From positions 1,093 to 65,092 of the forward strand of contig JALWDZ010000026.1 of NCBI GenBank assembly GCA_027039485.1: a stretch of DNA of 64,000 nucleotides, written 5' to 3'. The position numbers and the translations under genes are program-made. The notes below the pieces were generated by a model, which saw only the letters and a list, made by a program, of their open reading frames with translations, was not told where the DNA came from and ran no database searches. Of the stretch, positions 58,235 to 64,000 are shown one piece after another (the stretch's first letter is position 1; each line of letters starts with the position of its first letter). Origin of the DNA: Candidatus Shapirobacteria bacterium (lineage in GTDB: Bacteria > Patescibacteriota > Microgenomatia > UBA12405 > UBA6130).

Positions 58235-58658
58235 ATAAAATCTCAAACAAATCCTAAATCCTAATGACCCAAATCCTAAACCTGCCTGCGCAGGCAGGTA
58301 AATCTAAAATTCAAATGACCAAATGACCGAAACCTTGTCACCCTGAACGAAGCTGAAGGCGGAGTGAAGCCCCAGCACGTTCCGCCAGCCGGCGGAGTCG
58401 GGGTAAAGATCTAGCCGAAGGCGCATGGAAAAGGATATTAGGGTATCAGGTTAATTTTCTTTTTTCTTTTTCTTTCTTTCTCTGTTCTTCTGATCTCTGA
58501 TTCTCTTTCCCTGATTACCTAATTCTTCCTGATATTCTACATTATTTAATCCCCTTTTCTTTACTGAGTTCTAAGTTCTGAATATCTAAATGTTTAGAAC
58601 ATTTGGATTTTGGTCATTTGATATTGTTTAGAATTTAGGATTTAGGATTTTGAATTTA
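58235..58658 (-). repeat. Armed repeat element E, inverted relative to A-D, with a half core at 58336-58430
   Basis: 58244-58281 is the exact reverse complement of 57046-57083; 58588-58621 is the exact reverse complement of 56953-56986. Confidence 0.85.
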
Positions 58659-58686
58659 TCTTCTTCAGATGCTGTAAAATTAGAGG

Positions 58687-59163
58687 ATGAAAATTTTGGG
58701 CATTGATCCCGGCTTAGCGGCAACTGGTTGGGCAATTGTTGAAAAAGCCAAAACGCCCCTCCTTGGCGACTATGGCTGCATCACTACCGCTAAAACTGCT
58801 TCTTTTGCCAGCCGCCTTGATGCTATTTTCCGCAAGAGCCAGGCAATTATCCGTCAATACCGGCCTGATATTTTAGCTATCGAAGAGCTATTTTTTGCCA
58901 AAAACAGCAAAACTGCCATTAATGTGGCCCAGGCCATGGGGGTGGTGAAGCTTGCTGGCCAACAGGCCAATATTCCCGTTATCGGCTACACCCCCCTCCA
59001 CATTAAAATTGCCATCGTTGGTTACGGCCGGGCCGACAAGCACCAGGTAGAATTTATGGTCAAGAAAATTCTCCACCGCCGGGAAAGCATCAAGCCTAAC
59101 CATGCCGCCGACGCCGTTGCTGTCGCCCTGACCCACTTATTTCAAAACCCCCAGCTAAAATGA
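58687..59163 (+). CDS. ruvC: Holliday junction resolvase RuvC
   Basis: ILGIDPG, AIEELFF.KN, YTP..IK....GYGRADK, ADAVAVA. Confidence 0.96.
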   Translation: MKILGIDPGLAATGWAIVEKAKTPLLGDYGCITTAKTASFASRLDAIFRKSQAIIRQYRPDILAIEELFFAKNSKTAINVAQAMGVVKLAGQQANIPVIGYTPLHIKIAIVGYGRADKHQVEFMVKKILHRRESIKPNHAADAVAVALTHLFQNPQLK

Positions 59164-60623
59164 AAAAGAAAATAACTTATGCTTTATTGACCATTTTTAC
59201 TCTCCTCGGTTTCTATTGGCGCCTGGCTGGCCTCCGGCAAGGCTATTCCTTTTGGACCGACGAGAATCATGTAGCCATTTTCGCCCGGGCAATTCTCCGC
59301 CGCCAAACCCCTGTTCTCGACAACGGCTACAACACCGGCCTTTACCAATATCTTTGGTATTGGCTCACCGCCCTGCCCATGGCCCTAATTTCACCCCCCG
59401 AATTTGCCGCTCGCTTACCGGCAGTTTTCTTTGGCCTAGCCACTATTCTCATGGTTTATCTCCTTGGCCGGGAATTTTTTGACCCCCTCAGCGGCTTATT
59501 GGCCAGTTTTTTGGCAGCATTTTTGCGCATTGAAATCCTCTGGTCCCGCCAGGCCCGCCCCTACCAGGCTTTGCAATTTTTCCTTCTCCTGGCCGCCTTC
59601 CTGCTTCTTCGCTATTCCAAAAGTCCCAACCGCCGCCAGAAAATAGCCTATTTTGCGGGATTTTTGCTAACCGCCGTTCTGGCCAGCCTCTGCCACGGTC
59701 TCGGCCTCCTCATTTTCCTCGACGGCTTTCTCTTTCTCCTTTTGACCTCTCCCTCCCTCTCGCTCATCGCCGCCACCGGCGTTGCCACCATCCTTCTCAG
59801 CCTGCCATTCCACAAACTTTTATTAGCCATCCTCGCCAAACTGGGCCAGACCAACAATCTTTTCTACTACCGCGTTCTCCTTACTCATCATTATTTGCCT
59901 CTAACCATTCTGGCCGGCCTTGGTTTTTTCTGGCTCGGCTACCAAAGCTTCCGCCAGCCAAAATTGCGCGCCCCCTTCCTTCTTCTCACCATCCCCTTAG
60001 TCATCCAGACTCTGGTAGTTAGCCTTGCCCTTGGCCAACCCTTCGTCCGCTATTTTTACATTACCTTTCCCTTCCTCATTCTTCTGGCTGTTAGCCCATT
60101 TTTTCTCGCCCAGCATTTAGTTCCCCCAAAACGCTTTCTGGCCCTTAGCCTCGTCAGCCTTCTTCTTCTCGCTACCCTGCCCCAACTCGCCCTCCGACCC
60201 CAGAAATATTATTCCCTTAACCGCGATATGCAAGAAATTCCCGAAGTCGATTGGCAAAAAATTTATGCCCTGGTAAAAGCCTGGCGCCAAAGTCACCCCC
60301 AGGCACCGCTGGTAGTCAATTGGAATGATCTGCCAGTTTGGTATCTTGGGGAAAATCTTAGCCACCTTTACCTGCTCCGCTCTGCCCCCGCTTCCTATGA
60401 CCCACTTTCTGGAGCCAAAATTCTCCACTCAACCAATGAGCTAAAAAAACTTATCCACCAATACCCCGCCGGCTTAATCGTCCTTGATAGCTGGGATGAC
60501 CGGGTTCCCGCCGGCGTCCGCCAATATTGCCGGCAAAATCTCCACCATGAAGCCGAGGTTCGCCAACTTTTTCCCCGCCAGCCCCGCCCCTGGCCAGTTA
60601 ATATTTATTCCTGGCCTCTTTAA
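59160..60623 (+). CDS. GT-C fold glycosyltransferase (PMT/ArnT-like)
   Basis: SFWTDE, EFAARLP, WSRQARPY, many TM segments. Confidence 0.82.
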   Translation: MKKKITYALLTIFTLLGFYWRLAGLRQGYSFWTDENHVAIFARAILRRQTPVLDNGYNTGLYQYLWYWLTALPMALISPPEFAARLPAVFFGLATILMVYLLGREFFDPLSGLLASFLAAFLRIEILWSRQARPYQALQFFLLLAAFLLLRYSKSPNRRQKIAYFAGFLLTAVLASLCHGLGLLIFLDGFLFLLLTSPSLSLIAATGVATILLSLPFHKLLLAILAKLGQTNNLFYYRVLLTHHYLPLTILAGLGFFWLGYQSFRQPKLRAPFLLLTIPLVIQTLVVSLALGQPFVRYFYITFPFLILLAVSPFFLAQHLVPPKRFLALSLVSLLLLATLPQLALRPQKYYSLNRDMQEIPEVDWQKIYALVKAWRQSHPQAPLVVNWNDLPVWYLGENLSHLYLLRSAPASYDPLSGAKILHSTNELKKLIHQYPAGLIVLDSWDDRVPAGVRQYCRQNLHHEAEVRQLFPRQPRPWPVNIYSWPL

Positions 60624-61989
60624 GGGCCTGTTTTTCCAACATTTGCCAAAAGCGCTGCCTTTCTTGAGGGGTTGCCTTCTGGGAATCATAATAGGTAAAC
60701 CAAACCCGATTGCTCGCCTTCTTTCTGCCAGCGCCATCTTTCACTTGGACCCAAATCCAGCCGGTTTTCGAAAGTAAGGGGTCAATTTCTACTACAATCA
60801 GCTTATCGCTCCACGCTTTTATTCTCTGGGGCCGGCCAGCTAAGAAAACCTCCGAGGTAAAAGGCAAATTGCGAAAATTGCGCCCATAGATTTTCACCGC
60901 CATATAACGGCTGGCAATATCGGGATCTATCCGTAGAATGTAGGGTTGGAATTCAAATTTAGCCCGCGCATAACGAAAAATCCTCTGGTTGCCCCGCCAA
61001 AACAACAAAAGCAAGCCAACCAAAATTATTTTCCGCCATCGCCAAGTCGCTCTTTTTTTTAGCCAGAAAATTATTGCCAGAAAAATTAAAATGAGCCAGA
61101 ATCCTAGCAAATAAGGCAAAAGCCGGCCACCGAATTCCAGCCAAAATTTATTTTCAAAAAACCGCCGGTAAAATTGGATTTCCCGACTTATGCCCAATAT
61201 TCCTAAAATCCCCAATATTCCCCCGGTAATTTCCCAAAAATATTTAGCCGCCACTAATGCTAAAGTCAAGATTACCTTTCCTATTGCTGCCATGCCCCGC
61301 CACCACCAACTCCTTCGTTCCCTCATTGTTACCAAATCTCGCGCCCACTGTTCCCGTTTCACTATCAACACCACCACCGCCTTTTGCGTTAGCAGACTAA
61401 TGCCCACTAGCATATACCTCACCAGCCCCTTTATCACCCACCCCGTCAGCGTTATCAGCCTTCTATCCGCGCCATCCGCATGTATACTATCCGCGTCATC
61501 CGCGTTCTCCGCTCCCATCAGCATTATCCGCGCTCTTATACCATCCGCGCTATCTGCGAGTTTTTTAATAAACTCGTCAAAATCCCGCCAACCTCCTTCT
61601 ATATCGCCCACAGGGCGTATATCGTCCCGCTTGCGGGGCATATTTCTATTTGTATCGCTCGCGCCAGCGAGCATGTTTCTATGTATTTCTATTAATTGTT
61701 GGATAACGCCAACCACCAGAAACATATAAGTCCAGATAGCCGCTTTTTCAGCAATTGCTTCTTGTTTGGCCATTAACAAAAAGGGGCACATCATCAAGAA
61801 AATAAGGGCCCCAAAAATAGAAAACCGCCCCTCCAGCCGCCAGCCGATCACCGCCCCAATCCAAATCGCCGTCAATCCCATAATCACCACATCCGATGTA
61901 AACCGGAAAACAAAAATATCCATCAAAATGCCGACAATTGCCGCGATTAAAAAGAAATTACGGTGATGAATAAAATATTTTTTAATCAT
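60598..61989 (-). CDS. Membrane protein with repeat-derived inserts and an IPT/TIG-like C-terminus
   Basis: N-terminal TMs; PYILRIDP...VKIYGRNF...WSDKLIVV (IPT-like); inserts NMLAGASDTNRN and ADDAD. Confidence 0.7.
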   Translation of the reverse strand: MIKKYFIHHRNFFLIAAIVGILMDIFVFRFTSDVVIMGLTAIWIGAVIGWRLEGRFSIFGALIFLMMCPFLLMAKQEAIAEKAAIWTYMFLVVGVIQQLIEIHRNMLAGASDTNRNMPRKRDDIRPVGDIEGGWRDFDEFIKKLADSADGIRARIMLMGAENADDADSIHADGADRRLITLTGWVIKGLVRYMLVGISLLTQKAVVVLIVKREQWARDLVTMRERRSWWWRGMAAIGKVILTLALVAAKYFWEITGGILGILGILGISREIQFYRRFFENKFWLEFGGRLLPYLLGFWLILIFLAIIFWLKKRATWRWRKIILVGLLLLFWRGNQRIFRYARAKFEFQPYILRIDPDIASRYMAVKIYGRNFRNLPFTSEVFLAGRPQRIKAWSDKLIVVEIDPLLSKTGWIWVQVKDGAGRKKASNRVWFTYYDSQKATPQERQRFWQMLEKQALKEARNKY

Positions 61990-62594
61990 TCCTTATAATA
62001 CGCATCTTCTGCCCAATTACGAGGATTATTAACAATATATTGGCGAATGTTTTCCAATGATTTCTGATTTCTAATAATTCGTTCGTAATAATTGCGTTGC
62101 CAAATTTTGCCGGCAAACGGCGGCCAATTATGTTGTTTTACATTGCGGATATATTCGTTGGTGGTCATCCGTTTAAACCATGAAATATACCGCCCCAACC
62201 CTTCATATGTATTCGGGATATTTCGTTTCGTCTGTAGGGGCGATTCCGTGTAATCGCCCTGTTGATCCGGCGATTCCGTTAACGGGCGAAAACATGGTTT
62301 CGCCAAATCATCCGGGCGAAAACATGGTTTCGCCCCTACAATTTGAATAATGCCGTGGATGTGGTTGGGCATAATAATAAATTCATCCAATTGTATCCGA
62401 CGATATTTCGCCGGTAATTTTTGCCACCAACGGTACACCATTCTGCCAATTTTGTTCATTACCATTTCGCCATTTTCTATTCGACCAAATAAATTCACCC
62501 GATTATGCACACAAATGGTAATAAAATAATATCCGGGTTGGCGATAATCGTAATTTGGCAACCTAATTGTCCTCCTATGAAAAATTTTTGCCAT
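61986..62594 (-). mobile_element. REP-associated tyrosine transposase (RAYT, Y1 HUH, IS200/IS605 superfamily)
   Basis: RRTIRLPNYDY...YFITIC, HUH motif MPNHIHGII, WQRNYYERIIRN, catalytic-Tyr motif IRQYIVNNP. Confidence 0.9.
62234..62339. repeat. Inverted pair of GTAG-type REPs inside the RAYT ORF
   Basis: GTAGGGGCGATTCCGTGTAATCGCCC (62234-62259) and GGGCGAAAACATGGTTTCGCCCCTAC (62314-62339), with partial copies between them. Confidence 0.85.
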
Positions 62595-62602
62595 CTAATT
62601 CG

Positions 62603-64000
62603 TTAATGTATTAATTTTTTAAGAATTAATGTGTATCCTAGATATCCTACTGATCCCATTAAGGTCATCAGACTTATAAACAACCCAATGTAGAAAAACC
62701 GCTGGGGCCAGAATTCGACAATCAATTCATAATTTTCCCGCCCGCCAACATCGCTGGGTTTGATATACCAACTATTGGCATAGCCATTCACCAAATAATG
62801 CCGGTCTTCGGCAATTGGTTGTTTGCCCCAGGTTTCAAAAGTGGCCGGTTCCAAAAAGGTCATCCGGTGCGTGCCTTCTTTTATCTCGCCATTAAAATAA
62901 CTAGCCACCTCCGGCCCGTATCCCTTATTCTTCAAAAACCACCCCGTCACCCTCGCCGCCACTTTCCCCACAATTCCCATTAAATTATTTCTATTTGTAT
63001 CGCTCGCGCTAGCGAGCATGTTTCTATTTGTTTCGCCCCGTAAGGGCATATTTCGCGCCGAAGGCGCATATAACTTCCACCCTTTATGAAAACTTTCTGA
63101 AAACACCAGCGTATACGGCCCCTTCGCCCCGGTTACTTTTACCCGATATTTTGTCGGATTGATTTTGACAAACTCTATTTTAGGAAACCCTTTTTCAGTT
63201 TCATGAGCCGAAGACAGATTTATATCGTCCGAAGGGCTTGTATCGTCCCGCTTGCGGGACATATTTCTATTTGTATCGCGAGCGTCAGCGAGCTTATTTC
63301 TATCTATATCTTGTTTGTAATTTAGAATCTGTTTATTAATTTTCGAATTCGTTAATAAATTAATTGACTTTAATATAATCTCCGGTACTATAACCCGCCT
63401 CACTTCCAATTTCGCCAACGCCCCCACCTCAACCCCTTTTAATACCAATCGCCCTTCATCGGCAAAATTGCCAGCTTTAAAATAAGCAACAAAACTATTT
63501 CCGTTTGTATCGCCCGCAGGGCGTATTTCGCGAGCTCCGCTGTGGCGGGGCGAGCTTGTTTCGCGAGCGCCAGCGAGCATGTTTCCATCTATTTCTTTAA
63601 TTATTTTCCATTCCTCACCTTCTTTCCTTTCCTCTATTAAAATCTCCCCCGCCGGCTTTACCCCCTTCTTTAGCCGCCCTTCCACCCGATACCACTCTCT
63701 TCCCCTATATTCACCTATCCTTAGGGCAAAATTATTTTCTTCCTTTTTATCGCGAGCGTTAGCGAGCGTGTTTCTGTCTGTATCGCCCGCAGGGCTTGTA
63801 TCGTCCCGCTTGCGGGGCATGTTTCTATTTGTATCGCTCGCGTTAGCGAGCATATTTCCATTTATATCTATCAAATTTTTACTTAATCCCCTTATCGGTA
63901 AAACTATTTCCTGTTTTCCCGCCTTAAAATACCTCTCCCCCCACTCTTGCCACCCACTTATATCGCCCGAAGGGCTTGTATCGTCCCGCTTGCGGGACAT
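62603..64000 (-). CDS. C-terminal part of a large membrane-anchored protein (YfhO-like C-terminus) with multiple repeat-derived inserts; 5' end outside the window
   Basis: KINPTKYRV, LVFSESFHKGW, HYLVNGYANSWYI, C-terminal TM; open to the window edge. Confidence 0.75.
   Translation of the reverse strand: MSRKRDDTSPSGDISGWQEWGERYFKAGKQEIVLPIRGLSKNLIDINGNMLANASDTNRNMPRKRDDTSPAGDTDRNTLANARDKKEENNFALRIGEYRGREWYRVEGRLKKGVKPAGEILIEERKEGEEWKIIKEIDGNMLAGARETSSPRHSGAREIRPAGDTNGNSFVAYFKAGNFADEGRLVLKGVEVGALAKLEVRRVIVPEIILKSINLLTNSKINKQILNYKQDIDRNKLADARDTNRNMSRKRDDTSPSDDINLSSAHETEKGFPKIEFVKINPTKYRVKVTGAKGPYTLVFSESFHKGWKLYAPSARNMPLRGETNRNMLASASDTNRNNLMGIVGKVAARVTGWFLKNKGYGPEVASYFNGEIKEGTHRMTFLEPATFETWGKQPIAEDRHYLVNGYANSWYIKPSDVGGRENYELIVEFWPQRFFYIGLFISLMTLMGSVGYLGYTLILKKLIH

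Larger units (their letters stand above)
61601..64000. repeat. Dispersed 10-mer/hairpin repeat clusters inside ORFs (61601-61692, 62986-63070, 63221-63310, 63503-63595, 63748-63872, 63959-64000)
   Basis: TATTTC/TGTATC backbone with hairpins GCCCGCAGGGC, GTCCCGCTTGCGGGAC, GCTCGCGCTAGCGAGC and GCGCCGAAGGCGC. Confidence 0.85.

Noticed and set aside
15608-58658. Repeats read as a CRISPR array
   Set aside because: There is no constant repeat with regularly sized unique spacers and no cas gene; the RuvC is a standard resolvase
6200-60623. Convergent gene overlaps (6200-6240, 12979-13007, 52881-52949, 60598-60623)
   Set aside because: These are expected in a compact genome, and nothing suggests a specific antisense function

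Overview
This is a compact bacterial chromosome segment read in genetic code 11. Its gene content suggests Patescibacteria/CPR, probably Microgenomates: trigger factor lacks its PPIase domain, ThrS lacks TGS, tRNA-Tyr has C1-G72, and the type IV pilus locus has no secretin. This taxonomic call is inference. From left to right the window holds tgt, 8 tRNAs, two lysozyme-fold hydrolases, hisS, tig, thrS-infC-rpmI-rplT, a class A PBP, tRNA-Tyr-rpmG-dedA, recG, rpmF-nusB-rnc-rpsP-khpA, a pilB/T/C/D + 9 pilin + pilMNO locus, a ~22 kb glycosylation cluster, ychF, ruvAB/yvcK/ruvC and a REP-associated tyrosine transposase (RAYT). The main unexplained structure is a layered repeat system with four parts. 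(1) Five intergenic elements have distinct left and right arms built from 7-8-mers (AAATCCT/AAATGACC) in inverted orientation. (2) An optional TGTCA...TGACA REP-like doublet sits between the arms. (3) GC-rich micro-palindromes of 11-18 nt insert at fixed phases in the arms and inside each other. (4) In-frame copies of these and of related 9-/10-mer repeats lie inside at least four envelope genes, and the RAYT carries GTAG-REPs inside its own ORF. Also notable are pervasive leaderless promoters, a 38-bp inverted-repeat-bounded yvcK cassette separating ruvC from ruvAB, and two small genes missed by the ORF track. All calls come from reading motifs by eye; no searches were run.
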